This document shows positions 54,949 through 64,000 of a stretch of DNA of 64,000 bases, in pieces (position 1 is the first letter of the stretch; every line of letters begins with the position of its first letter). A model generated the notes under the pieces. The model was given only the letters and a program-made list of their open reading frames with translations, was not told the DNA's origin and did no database searches. The stretch is from an uncultured bacterium (lineage in GTDB: Bacteria > Armatimonadota > JACIXR01). A program made the position numbers and the translations under genes. The stretch lies in NCBI GenBank assembly GCA_938041455.1, contig CALITO010000021.1:11909-75908 (forward strand). Reading direction: 5' to 3'.

Positions 54949-57022
54949 CGTTTCTCTGCCTTTCTATGACTATCTGGGACAAATCCCCGAATAAGAAGAA
55001 AAGGTTCCAGATGAAGTTAACAAGTGCGAGCCTATTTGCTCGTAACTCCTTCTCCTCGGTCATAACCAAAACCTTATCAAAGAATCTGTTTATCAAATCC
55101 TTCAGGGAAGAAAGTTCTCTAAAAATTGCCTTGTAATCCTCCTTCCTCCTCAGTATCTCCAATGTTCTCGCAACCCTTTTTCCTTCCTCGTAAAGCCCTT
55201 TTTCTTCCTCTAAAAGGAGAAGATCTTCCTTTATTCCTTCCTCGGGAGGATTTTCCCCTCTTCTCTGAGCAAAACGGATTATGTTTATCAATCTGACGGA
55301 GGCAGTCACTGTGGGAATAAATTCCTCGTCCTCCCTCAGTTCGTTAAGGGCGATAGCCCGAGCGAAAAGCTCCCTTATGTTCTCCATTTTCCCCTCCAAA
55401 ACCGCATTCACTATATCATATCTTATTCCCATCTCCCTTAAAGCGAGTTCCAGCCTGTTTCTGAGAAATTCCAAAAGTTTCTCCATCCCCCCGAGCTCCA
55501 CGCCCATTTCCTCCTTATAGGCTTTTCCCACTGCTTGTATTATTTCCCTCAGATTGAACCTTTCCTCTTCCCGCAGTATCTCTATTACCGTTTGGCCGGC
55601 TCTTCGCAGGGCGAAGGGATCGGAGGAGCCGGTGGGTTGTAAGTGCAAGTGAAAAGCACCGGCAAGGGTGTCAATTTTATCAACCAGACTTATGAGTTTA
55701 CCGAGGGGCGTTTTTATTCCTTCCTCTGAGAGTGTGTATTGATAGGATTCATATATTGCTCGTGCTATCTCTTCGTCCTCACCTTGGAGGAGGGCGTAGT
55801 TCATTCCTACTATTCCCTCTAAGTCAGGAAATTCCCTTACCATATGAGTTGTCAAGTCCGCCCTACAAAGCAGGGCGGTCCGAAGAGCTCTTTCTCTTAT
55901 CTCTTCTATTGGTAGGGAAGAGATGATATTTCTCATTCTTCTAACTTTATCAGCTATAGTTCCCAAACCCCCGAGGAATATTATGCCGGAGAGCGCGGTT
56001 GCTCTCTCTTTTAGAGGAATCTTTAAATCCTCCTCAAAGAAAAAATGTGCATCAGCGAGGCGAGCTTTCAAGACTTGCTCATAACCTTCCACTACATTTT
56101 CCAGTCCCTTACCATCTCCATCCCTTACGCCAACGAAATAGGGTAAGAGTTCACCGCGCTTATTATGGATGGGAAAAAGATTTAACTGGCTCTCCATAGA
56201 TGTGGCAATTATCTCTCTGGGGAGAACAAGGAAGCGCTCGTCCATTTTGCCCAAGAAAAGGTGGGGTTTCTCGTTAAGGAAAACGATTTTCTCCAAAAAT
56301 CGCTCGTGAATTGTTATCTCTCCTTCAACGCTTTCCGCTAACTCCTTTGCTTTATCAAGGATAATCTTCCTTCTCTCCTCTTGGTCAAGGATTATACCCT
56401 CTACCTTTACCCTTTGAAGATAATCGTCCACACTTTCAGGGGAGAACACACCTTCGAGGTATCTTTCGGTGTAGGAAATCCTATTTGAGGCTATTTCTCC
56501 GATCTTCAATTCCAATAGTTTATCGTCCATCAGGGAAAGAATCCAACGAATGGGACGGATGAAGCGGGAGGAGGAAGCATCCCAGCGCATAGATTTGGGG
56601 AGATAAACCGAGTTAAGAAGGGAGGGGATTGTTTCTTTGAGAATTTCTTCCGTAGGGCGTCCACTTTCCTTCTTCACAGCGTATACATATTTACCTTGTT
56701 TATCTTCCTTTATGATGAGTTCATCCAGGCTAATGCCTTGGGCTTTGGCGAAGCCATGGGCAGCTGAGGTGGGATTTCCCTCCTCGTCGAAAGCCTTTTG
56801 GTAAGGGGGTCCCTTTATTTCCACAATCCTTTCCTTCTGCTGGGGTGCGATATCGTCTATTAGTAGGACAAGTCGGCGGGGTGTCCCATAGACAAAGAGA
56901 TTGGAAAAGGAGATATCCTTCTCATAAAGGAGTTTCTCCATTCTCTCCTTCAACTGTTGGATAGCGGAAGGAAGGAAATTAGGAGGAAGTTCCTCACAGC
57001 CTATTTCCAAGAGAAACTTCAT
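54935..57022 (-). CDS. glyS: Glycine--tRNA ligase beta subunit
   Basis: 695 aa. The N-terminus MKFLLEIGCEELPP is a GlyS hallmark, and the gene follows glyQ directly. Confidence 0.9.
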   Translation of the reverse strand: MKFLLEIGCEELPPNFLPSAIQQLKERMEKLLYEKDISFSNLFVYGTPRRLVLLIDDIAPQQKERIVEIKGPPYQKAFDEEGNPTSAAHGFAKAQGISLDELIIKEDKQGKYVYAVKKESGRPTEEILKETIPSLLNSVYLPKSMRWDASSSRFIRPIRWILSLMDDKLLELKIGEIASNRISYTERYLEGVFSPESVDDYLQRVKVEGIILDQEERRKIILDKAKELAESVEGEITIHERFLEKIVFLNEKPHLFLGKMDERFLVLPREIIATSMESQLNLFPIHNKRGELLPYFVGVRDGDGKGLENVVEGYEQVLKARLADAHFFFEEDLKIPLKERATALSGIIFLGGLGTIADKVRRMRNIISSLPIEEIRERALRTALLCRADLTTHMVREFPDLEGIVGMNYALLQGEDEEIARAIYESYQYTLSEEGIKTPLGKLISLVDKIDTLAGAFHLHLQPTGSSDPFALRRAGQTVIEILREEERFNLREIIQAVGKAYKEEMGVELGGMEKLLEFLRNRLELALREMGIRYDIVNAVLEGKMENIRELFARAIALNELREDEEFIPTVTASVRLINIIRFAQRRGENPPEEGIKEDLLLLEEEKGLYEEGKRVARTLEILRRKEDYKAIFRELSSLKDLINRFFDKVLVMTEEKELRANRLALVNFIWNLFFLFGDLSQIVIERQRNDASS

Positions 57023-57871
57023 CTAAACCTTCGCCTCCTGCTGAATGTAAAGCTGGGCGCAGCGGTTTGCGATTCCCCGCACTCTGTCTATTAACCCTGC
57101 CCTCTCTACAACGCTCAGCGCTCCCCTGGCGTCAAGGATGTTGAAGATATGAGAGCATTTCAGCGCTAAATCATAACTGGGGAAGATAAGCCCTTTATCC
57201 AGCAATAGATGGGCTTCCTTTTCAAAGGAAGTAAAGAGGGAGACAAGGGAGGATATATTCGCAAGCTCAAAGTTGTATCGGCAATGTTCTATCTCCATAG
57301 GTTTGTGGAGCTCACCGTAGCTCGTTCCATTCCCCCATTCTATATCCAGAATAGAATCCCTTTTCTGGAGATACATAGCGAGTCTTTCCGGACCATAGGT
57401 TATTTCCGCAGAGATGGTGGAGAGCTCTATTCCCCCCATTTGTTGGAAGTAAGTGAACTGGGTTATCTCCAAGCCGTCCAGCCAGACCTCCCAGCCTACA
57501 CCGGATGCGCCCAAGGTAGGGGATTCCCAATCGTCCTCAATGAAGCGAACCTCGTGTTCTTTGAGGGGTATGCCGAGAAACTCCAGACTCCTCAGGTAGA
57601 TGTTCTGGATATTATGAGGGGCAGGCTTGATTATCACTTGATATTGATAGTATCTTTGAAGGCGATTGGGATTCTGGGCATAGCGTCCATCTTGGGGTCT
57701 GCGGGAGGGCTGGACATAGGCTACTCGCCAGGGATTGTCTCCCAAGGCACCAAAGAAGGTGGCAGGGTGCATAGTTCCTGCCCCTACCTCAACATCGTAA
57801 GGTTGGAGGATGAGACACCCCTGGTTAATCCAAAATTCGTCTAACTTTCGTAGAAGTGTTTGAAAATCCAT
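57023..57871 (-). CDS. glyQ: Glycine--tRNA ligase alpha subunit
   Basis: 282 aa. [39 protein letters not shown] is highly conserved in GlyQ. Confidence 0.92.
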   Translation of the reverse strand: MDFQTLLRKLDEFWINQGCLILQPYDVEVGAGTMHPATFFGALGDNPWRVAYVQPSRRPQDGRYAQNPNRLQRYYQYQVIIKPAPHNIQNIYLRSLEFLGIPLKEHEVRFIEDDWESPTLGASGVGWEVWLDGLEITQFTYFQQMGGIELSTISAEITYGPERLAMYLQKRDSILDIEWGNGTSYGELHKPMEIEHCRYNFELANISSLVSLFTSFEKEAHLLLDKGLIFPSYDLALKCSHIFNILDARGALSVVERAGLIDRVRGIANRCAQLYIQQEAKV

Positions 57872-57993
57872 CCGATTTCTTAATTATACAAGTTTCTCCT
57901 CTCCTTTCAAACAGATTTGGAGACTAAACTGTAACAGATTTTTCCTTTTATAGTCTCAATAGACTGAAAATCCCCGGAAGGAGGTTTAGCAAA

Positions 57994-59016
57994 ATGGCAA
58001 GAAGAATCAGCTGTGAGCAAATTTCTCCTCTTCTCTCCGCTTATCTTGATGGTGAGCTTTCCAAGGCGGAGAGGCAGAGCGTGGAGTGGCACCTCAGGGA
58101 GTGCGAGGCGTGCCGAGGCGAGTTAAGGGAGCTTGAAAAGGCCAAAAAATTCGCCCTCCAACTCGGCGAGATCCAGCCTCCCATCTCCCTCAGGCAGAAG
58201 ATTATGGCAAGGGTTGAGAAGGAGAAGGAGTGCGAGACCGTTCGCCCCTTGCTCGGAGCTTATCTGGATGAGGAAATTGTCGAGGCGGAACGGAAGCATA
58301 TAGAGCTTCATCTGATCAGGTGTGCCGATTGCAGGAAGGAGTTGGAAGCGACGAAGAAGGTGAGAGAAATCCTCCGAACCCTTCCCGAGGTGGAGCTTCC
58401 CTCCTACTCAAGGGCAAGAATCTACGCCTCCATACAAAGAAGACCCGTCTTTGTGAGGAGGTTCGCCCTTGGTTTTGCCACCTTGGCGGCTGCCGCTTCC
58501 CTGGTTTTCTTCGCTCTACCCCTCCACCGCCCCACCCCTCCCCCTCATGTGCCCATCATCGCCCAGCAAAGCGCCCCTTCTACTATCTCCCAAACCGAGC
58601 CCTTGCTCCCTAAGGGTGCCAAGTCTTCCACAAAAGCGGTCGTTCCAGGCTACCGAAAGCCTACTCTGGCGGTCATCCCTTCGGTAGCTTCCCCGCGGGA
58701 AGAGCAACCCATAACAATTACCCCACCTGTAAAGGAGGAGGAAGAAAAACTCGTTATAGGTGAGACCCGCCCCGTTGTCCTACCCCAGCCTAGCGAGATG
58801 CCATCTGCATCTGAGGCAAAGGAGGAACCACAAGAGGTAGCTCCTATGCCCCCCACTTCTCCTACACCCGTAAAGGTAGCTGTAAAGCTGGAACCTTCCC
58901 TCTCCGATGTCCTAAAGGAGATAACAACCTCCGTGGATAAACCATCTATTCCTTCAAAGCTTACCGAGCGACTGGATAAAAGCATAGTGATAGGGGTAGT
59001 AAGGGTAGAGTTTTAA
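57994..59016 (+). CDS. Membrane-spanning anti-sigma factor with two tandem zf-HC2 (HxxxCxxC) domains and a Pro/Glu-rich extracytoplasmic C-terminal region
   Basis: The first zf-HC2 reads SCEQISPLLSAYLDGELSKAERQSVEWHLRECEACRGE and the second reads CETVRPLLGAYLDEEIVEAERKHIELHLIRCADCRKE. A TM helix (FALGFATLAAAASLVFFALPL) and a Pro-rich tail follow. Confidence 0.65.
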   Translation: MARRISCEQISPLLSAYLDGELSKAERQSVEWHLRECEACRGELRELEKAKKFALQLGEIQPPISLRQKIMARVEKEKECETVRPLLGAYLDEEIVEAERKHIELHLIRCADCRKELEATKKVREILRTLPEVELPSYSRARIYASIQRRPVFVRRFALGFATLAAAASLVFFALPLHRPTPPPHVPIIAQQSAPSTISQTEPLLPKGAKSSTKAVVPGYRKPTLAVIPSVASPREEQPITITPPVKEEEEKLVIGETRPVVLPQPSEMPSASEAKEEPQEVAPMPPTSPTPVKVAVKLEPSLSDVLKEITTSVDKPSIPSKLTERLDKSIVIGVVRVEF

Positions 59017-59037
59017 ACATCTCTCAGACCCCCGGAG

Positions 59038-62000
59038 GTGAGAGTCCCGATGAAGCGTATCTTTATTTTAGGTTTCATTGTTTTGCTTACCTCTTATGTG
59101 TTTTCTCTCGAGGAGGCGTCAAGCGATGACTTTTCCTTGGGCAATGCCCTGGCAATCACCAGCAACGCCATTTCCTCCAGTGCCTCCCTACCATCTGTCC
59201 AGGGTGCAGTCCTCCATACTGATACTCTAAGGGTGGTCAAGGGCGGTATCCTGGCTCTATCCCATAGGGGGATAGTCCAAGGAAGTGAGAAGGTGATAGC
59301 AAATGGACGCTTTCTCAAGCGGGATGTTGACTACCTCATAGATTATGCTAATGGGACGCTCATCCTCTCTGGGGAAGTGAAAGCCACTACACTCATCATC
59401 TCTTATCTATACGACCCTAATAACCAGAATCAGCCCGCAGGCGGGTTACCACTTCAATTAGCTCTGACCGGGGGCAATTCCACCATTCTAAACCTCCTTA
59501 CATATTTCCGCCCCGGCTCCCTTGGGCAAAATGGGGAAGAAAGTTGGTTAGTCGGTAGCCATTTCACCTCCAAACTGGGCTCTAATACCACTTTAAAGAG
59601 CCTCCTCTTTCTCAGTAGAACTACCGCTCCAAAGAGTTATGTAGTGGGTTTGGCGAGGAGTAACGCTGTTCCTACTACCGAGCAAAAAGGGAAAGCTATG
59701 GTGCATTGGATGGATATGAATTTGGGTAAAGGCAAGCTAAGTCTCTTATTCCAGAACATAGATAAAGATTTCTCCGTGCCTCAGGAGATACCCAACAATC
59801 TGAATGGTAACGATATATCCTTCCTCAAGCAGGAGGCCGGTACAAAGAAGATAGGAGTTGGTTATCAGGGTTCCAATCTCAGTCTTTCCTTCGCTCGGCA
59901 AACCGTTGACCCCCAAACGAGAGGAGACCAAGGGGTAGCAAGGGAAAAGGGGTTAACCAAGCAGATATTCGCTGGTGAATACAAGTTGTCCGATACCCTT
60001 TCCTTTTCTGCTCTATTGAAATCCGCTACCGATGGAAAGGGAGAAGGCTTTCTCAAGCGGATAGAATTAAGGGGCAGGGATGAGGAGTTCCTTCGCTTCA
60101 CTCACCAGCATATTTCCCCCAACTTCGTTAGGGGAGGGAGTTTGAACGAACCCGAGGCGGGCATATGGGCGAAAGAGGTAGGAGTAAGCAGAGAGATTAT
60201 CGAGCTTTCCAAGAGGCTTCTTCCCAACCTTTCCCTGAATCTTTCCCAGACGAAGATAAGGGATGAGAAGGGCGGGATAGAGCGGCTGAATTGGAATTTG
60301 CAAGGTGCGAACTTTTCTATAGCTGTTAGAAATCAGGAGGTCGGCAGGGATTTTGCTCGCTTCGGCAATCTAACTGAGGGTGATGCTGGTCAGCTTGCCA
60401 AGGAGAGAGGGTTGGTGAGGCGGACCATAGAAGGTGCTTTAAACCTCTCTCCCAAATTGCAAACCTCCTTTTCCCTCGCCAGTATAAATGATGGCAAAGA
60501 AGGCTGGCGAGGACATAATCCGCAATTGAAGGGCGATATCTGGGATATTTCCTTCTCCAAAAGTCACTTCAGCGAGGGCTTCAGAAGATTTGGTGATTTG
60601 ACCGACCCCGAGAAGCAAAGGTTCGCCAACGAGTGGGATATAAGCAAGTCCTTGCTCAAGGGCAACTTTAAACTCGATAATTTACTGCCCGGGCTCACTC
60701 TTTCCCTCGTCTCTCGCAAGTTGGGAGATTCTAAGGGTGGGCTTGAAGGCAAAAGTGTGGAGCTCAAACTGAAGGACCAACCCATTTTCCGCTTCTCCAC
60801 CCAGAGGATAGACCCCGCGTTCACGAGATTTGGAGACCTTGGAGAAGAAGATAAGGATCGCCTCGCTCAAGAGAGGGCTGCTGAGAAAAAAGACATCTTT
60901 CTTGCACTACCCATTTCCCAAAACCTCGCTTTTTCCACCTCCATAACTAAAGTGGATAGTTTGGATACCACGAGAAGTGATGCGAGTTGGGGTAAGTCCA
61001 CCCTCCACACCATAAACAACTTATCCTGGACAGGCAAGGACAGCATAAAAGCCTTCCTCACCTGGGACGCTACCAGGCAGGAAGGCGATGTGAGGAGAAC
61101 GAACGATATCTACAACCTGATAGTTGAGAAATCCTTCAGTAACGCTAATCTCAAGGTTCAACAAATGCAAGGAATTAGAACAGAGGGAGATAAGCAATTC
61201 CGCTCCATCCTCACAGTTTTGAACCTCCAGCAGACGCTGAAGGGGAATGCTTCTTACAGTATTAACTTAAAGCACAACAAGCTTGAGAACGGCAATACTA
61301 TAGAAGAGGGCAATCTTAATTTACAAGCTCCTTTGCTTAAAGGAAACGCCGGGACCATCGGCTTTTCCTTTAAGGAAAGTGCAGAGCATAGCTTCAAGAG
61401 CATTTCCCTTGTTCAACCTCTGGATTCCCAATCCCAATTCAAGGGAGAGGTTGCGAGGATACGCCAGGGCAACCAAGAGGGTAAAAAGGAAGAACTCTCC
61501 TTAACGAGGACATTCCTTCCCGGGCTCACCAGCAACCTCGCCTATGGTATTCAATCACTTGGTAGTCACTCCTCTTCTTATCGCCTTCTCCAAACCACTT
61601 ATCAACCCCAGGGCGCTCCCTACAAAATAAGTTATATGATTAAGGATAGGAGTGGAGGGAATAACACTACAACTAGGGCGATAGATATTACCTACCCCTT
61701 TGAGGGTAAAAATTTCACCCTCTCTATGTTGAAGAACCCCGAGGACCAAAATGGCAATCCACTTCATACCAAGAGGGTAGCTATTAATTTCCAAGGTTCT
61801 CCCGTATTATCCGGTCAGTATATTCTGGATACCAATTATATGAATGGGAAATTGAACAAACAATATTCCCTCCAATTCACCCCTTCCCAAAAGTTTAACC
61901 TCAAGCTTTCCCTTGTTGACAATGTGCCCGACCCAAATCAGAAGCTCCTGAGGAAACTCAACTGGGAAATTGCCTTCCCTCTGAACGAAAAGCTTTCTTT

Positions 62001-62286
62001 CAAAGGAACTCACAACTACCATTTCGTTGAAAGGGAGAAGAAGGGCGTTTACAAGACGCTTTTCACCCTTTCGGGCAAGCTCTCTACTTTTGAGGTGCTT
62101 GATGCCTCCGTCGGCTTAGATTACTCCTCCCTAGCGGGGGACAAGGTAGGAGGTATAACCTATAGATTTTCCTACTCCCGTAACATCAGTGCTGATAACT
62201 CCCTTGGGTTGTCTGGCTATTACACGGATAACTTCAAGGGGAAGGACAATGTTGGTGTAAGGTTAGATCTTACCCACGCATTTTAA
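59038..62286 (+). CDS. Large secreted cysteine-free protein (1082 aa) with five ~75-80-aa tandem repeats and a C-terminal beta-signal-like end (...RLDLTHAF), a putative outer-membrane beta-barrel or surface protein
   Basis: It has a signal peptide (MKRIFILGFIVLLTSYVFS). The repeats carry the core F-x-R-x-x-(I/V)-D-P-x-F-x-RFG(D/N)L...A-x-E-(R/K)-G-L...L-S-x-x-L...S-L...DGK(E)G. The terminal aromatic residue is typical of BAM substrates. Confidence 0.5.
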   Translation: MRVPMKRIFILGFIVLLTSYVFSLEEASSDDFSLGNALAITSNAISSSASLPSVQGAVLHTDTLRVVKGGILALSHRGIVQGSEKVIANGRFLKRDVDYLIDYANGTLILSGEVKATTLIISYLYDPNNQNQPAGGLPLQLALTGGNSTILNLLTYFRPGSLGQNGEESWLVGSHFTSKLGSNTTLKSLLFLSRTTAPKSYVVGLARSNAVPTTEQKGKAMVHWMDMNLGKGKLSLLFQNIDKDFSVPQEIPNNLNGNDISFLKQEAGTKKIGVGYQGSNLSLSFARQTVDPQTRGDQGVAREKGLTKQIFAGEYKLSDTLSFSALLKSATDGKGEGFLKRIELRGRDEEFLRFTHQHISPNFVRGGSLNEPEAGIWAKEVGVSREIIELSKRLLPNLSLNLSQTKIRDEKGGIERLNWNLQGANFSIAVRNQEVGRDFARFGNLTEGDAGQLAKERGLVRRTIEGALNLSPKLQTSFSLASINDGKEGWRGHNPQLKGDIWDISFSKSHFSEGFRRFGDLTDPEKQRFANEWDISKSLLKGNFKLDNLLPGLTLSLVSRKLGDSKGGLEGKSVELKLKDQPIFRFSTQRIDPAFTRFGDLGEEDKDRLAQERAAEKKDIFLALPISQNLAFSTSITKVDSLDTTRSDASWGKSTLHTINNLSWTGKDSIKAFLTWDATRQEGDVRRTNDIYNLIVEKSFSNANLKVQQMQGIRTEGDKQFRSILTVLNLQQTLKGNASYSINLKHNKLENGNTIEEGNLNLQAPLLKGNAGTIGFSFKESAEHSFKSISLVQPLDSQSQFKGEVARIRQGNQEGKKEELSLTRTFLPGLTSNLAYGIQSLGSHSSSYRLLQTTYQPQGAPYKISYMIKDRSGGNNTTTRAIDITYPFEGKNFTLSMLKNPEDQNGNPLHTKRVAINFQGSPVLSGQYILDTNYMNGKLNKQYSLQFTPSQKFNLKLSLVDNVPDPNQKLLRKLNWEIAFPLNEKLSFKGTHNYHFVEREKKGVYKTLFTLSGKLSTFEVLDASVGLDYSSLAGDKVGGITYRFSYSRNISADNSLGLSGYYTDNFKGKDNVGVRLDLTHAF

Positions 62287-62329
62287 CTCCACCATTTAAC
62301 GAGTTAGCATAAAAACTTGTTGCTACTGC

Positions 62330-64000
62330 TCACCTCAAAGTAAACAGCCTTATAGCCTGCACCGTTTCTCCCTCGGAAAATGCCCTTACTCTCACGATGT
62401 AAACCCCCGCTGGTAAGACATTCCCTCTCTCATCCCTTCCATCCCAATAGATGCAGTTTGTTCCCGCTTCTCTATTGCTTCTCATCACCCTTATCGTTCG
62501 CCCGTCTATGCTTTCTACTCTCACTTCTGCTTCTGCGTTCCTTGACAAGGTGAAGGCGAATTCCATCCCACCCCGAGTGGGCTTGACAAGAAGTTCCGAG
62601 ATAAGCAAGGGGTTTTTCTTGGACATCACTATGGAGAAAAGGCGAGGTGTGCCATCTCCTACGAATTTATAATACGAGGAGTGGAGGAGAGAAACTTTCT
62701 TTCTATTGGAGAGGTCGGTCAAGGTGAGGGAGTAACCACGAGGGAACGAAGAAAGGTCTTTCCAGCGCAAGACACATTCTCCTTCCAAGGAAATTTGAAG
62801 GAGCCATTCCGCAGAAGGAGAAATCCGCTTTATGTCCCAAGCGAGATGGACATCACGGGATGCATCAAGGAAGGAAGCACTGGGGGCCCTATTTATAGGG
62901 GGTGGAAACTCCAAGTTGAAGGAGGGTAGGGGGTTTTCCCCTTGCCCCAGGACGAGTGTCCTCGTTTTACCCGAGTTTTCAACCTCTATCTTAACTTGCC
63001 ATCCAATGGAAGGGGAAATAGCGTCCCTCCTCACCCTTTTGCTCCCCTTATTATGCTCGGGTCCAGGAATGATTAAAGAACATTCTTTATAGCATCTTAT
63101 CCAATAACCCTCCCACGGCAAGAGGGTATCAAGTGTGGGGTCAAGAGGCTCGTATTCTCCTGTCTGGGGGTTGAAACGCCAGAGGGTTTTTGCTAAGTAG
63201 CCTTGTTTGTTCGCTTCCGCAAGGCTTATGGGCTCAACTGAGCCGGGAATCCTCACAAGTATATCTGCCAAAGCACATCCCTTCTCATAGTTAAAGGGGT
63301 ATCCTATCTGATTCCAACCCACAGAGAGTCCCATGGTGAACTCTCCATCCAGCGGTTCAGCATAACCCTCTATTTGAACCTCCCTATCTTCAAGGAAGCG
63401 GATAAAATAACCTCTTCCTAAGGAGAGCGATAAATTTGGATAGAAGAGATATTTATTTGTTCCCTCTTTTGTAGGTTCCCAGCGAGCGAGCGCTAATTTA
63501 TCGGGTTCAATCCCTAAAGCACTGGCAGGGTCGTGAGAAACGGGGTCAAGGGGAGGGCTTATCATATATATACCTTTGGAGAAGCTCTTGCTTGCCACCT
63601 GCTTTTCCCGAGGGGGTTGGATGATTATAGCATAGGGACCATAAAAGCAATTGATTTTTCTTTCCAGCCTTTCTCCCCCTGGAGAGATGTATTCCACATC
63701 TATCTGTTGGGGTCCGGTTGATAAAGAGGGGAAAGGTGTTCCGAAAGCCCCCTGGGTTATGGGGATCTCCTGCCCATTTATAAGAAGCGTGCCACCTAAA
63801 CCGGTTTGTAAAGTTCCATAAACATTGTTGGGTTCCGCCTCTGTTCCCACTACTCCATAAGGGAAGAGAATGGAAACATCCAGACCCCCAATGGGAAACT
63901 CTATCGTAACCCTTTGAGGACCTCCTATGTTGAAGAATGTGGGGGCGACATAGCCGATACCATCAGTTATAGTAACGGTCTCATATTGTGGTTCAACGGG
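62330..64000 (-). CDS. Secreted protein with a C-terminal T9SS type-A sorting domain (Por_Secre_tail / FlgD-Ig-like). The N-terminus runs off the right window edge.
   Basis: The C-terminal ~75 aa (EVRVESIDGRTIRVMRSNREAGTNCIYWDGRDERGNVLPAGVYIVRVRAFSEGETVQAIRLFTLR) match the T9SS CTD pattern (xGxYFYRLxAxxFxxTKKMVLLK-like). The reading frame stays open upstream of the GTG at 63850 as far as position 64000. Confidence 0.6.
   Translation of the reverse strand, partial: PVEPQYETVTITDGIGYVAPTFFNIGGPQRVTIEFPIGGLDVSILFPYGVVGTEAEPNNVYGTLQTGLGGTLLINGQEIPITQGAFGTPFPSLSTGPQQIDVEYISPGGERLERKINCFYGPYAIIIQPPREKQVASKSFSKGIYMISPPLDPVSHDPASALGIEPDKLALARWEPTKEGTNKYLFYPNLSLSLGRGYFIRFLEDREVQIEGYAEPLDGEFTMGLSVGWNQIGYPFNYEKGCALADILVRIPGSVEPISLAEANKQGYLAKTLWRFNPQTGEYEPLDPTLDTLLPWEGYWIRCYKECSLIIPGPEHNKGSKRVRRDAISPSIGWQVKIEVENSGKTRTLVLGQGENPLPSFNLEFPPPINRAPSASFLDASRDVHLAWDIKRISPSAEWLLQISLEGECVLRWKDLSSFPRGYSLTLTDLSNRKKVSLLHSSYYKFVGDGTPRLFSIVMSKKNPLLISELLVKPTRGGMEFAFTLSRNAEAEVRVESIDGRTIRVMRSNREAGTNCIYWDGRDERGNVLPAGVYIVRVRAFSEGETVQAIRLFTLR

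Noticed and set aside
57872-57993. T-box leader upstream of glyQS
   Set aside because: The intergenic space on the glyQ side is only ~120 nt, too short for a T-box leader of ~200-300 nt. No specifier-loop or T-box sequence was seen.

Overview
This 64-kb window appears to be chromosomal DNA from a diderm bacterium that is probably thermophilic. The thermophily is inferred from Lys/Glu/Arg-rich proteins and a branched-chain polyamine operon with archaeal-type PdaD and BpsA-like enzymes. A type-9 secretion (T9SS) type-A C-terminal sorting domain (CTD) and several CAZy-like secreted proteins point to an FCB-group-like lineage. Most of the window is housekeeping: mutS, miaB, ftsH, folE/folP, an orphan leuD-like/leuB-family/Fe-S hydro-lyase alpha set, queF, tgt, prfA-prmC, rpmE, glyQS, dgt and htrA. 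I read several things directly that the ORF track does not show. A tmRNA gene lies at 983-1331, with G3:U70 and a tag ending ANHSYALAA. Five convergent tRNA genes (Lys, Glu, Val, Asp, Phe) lie at 1389-1802. A 56-aa ribosomal protein L31 gene (rpmE) lies at 44571-44741. A truncated type I restriction-modification hsdM gene abuts the left edge, with divergent sigma70-like promoters shared with ssrA. Better start codons can be proposed for leuD, tgt, speB and miaB. The most unusual loci are listed below. (1) A co-oriented module at 1854-5367 encodes a winged-HTH protein plus two paralogous radical SAM enzymes, one with a full SPASM domain and one with a twitch-like domain. Each carries a ~120-residue N-terminal, RRE-like domain that puts the CxxxCxxC triad at residues ~121-138, as in AlbA/SuiB-type RiPP maturases, yet no precursor gene is visible. 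(2) A bpsA-pdaD-speH-speE-speB operon is preceded by a promoter and a perfect 10-bp inverted repeat. (3) A zf-HC2 anti-sigma factor with a duplicated zinc-finger module has no adjacent sigma factor. It is followed by a 1082-aa cysteine-free protein with an OMP-like C-terminus and five ~75-80-aa tandem repeats, and then by a convergent T9SS-CTD cargo gene. (4) Two tandem secreted FAD-oxidoreductase paralogs sit next to a CBM4/9-containing protein. No CRISPR array, integrase or transposase was seen.
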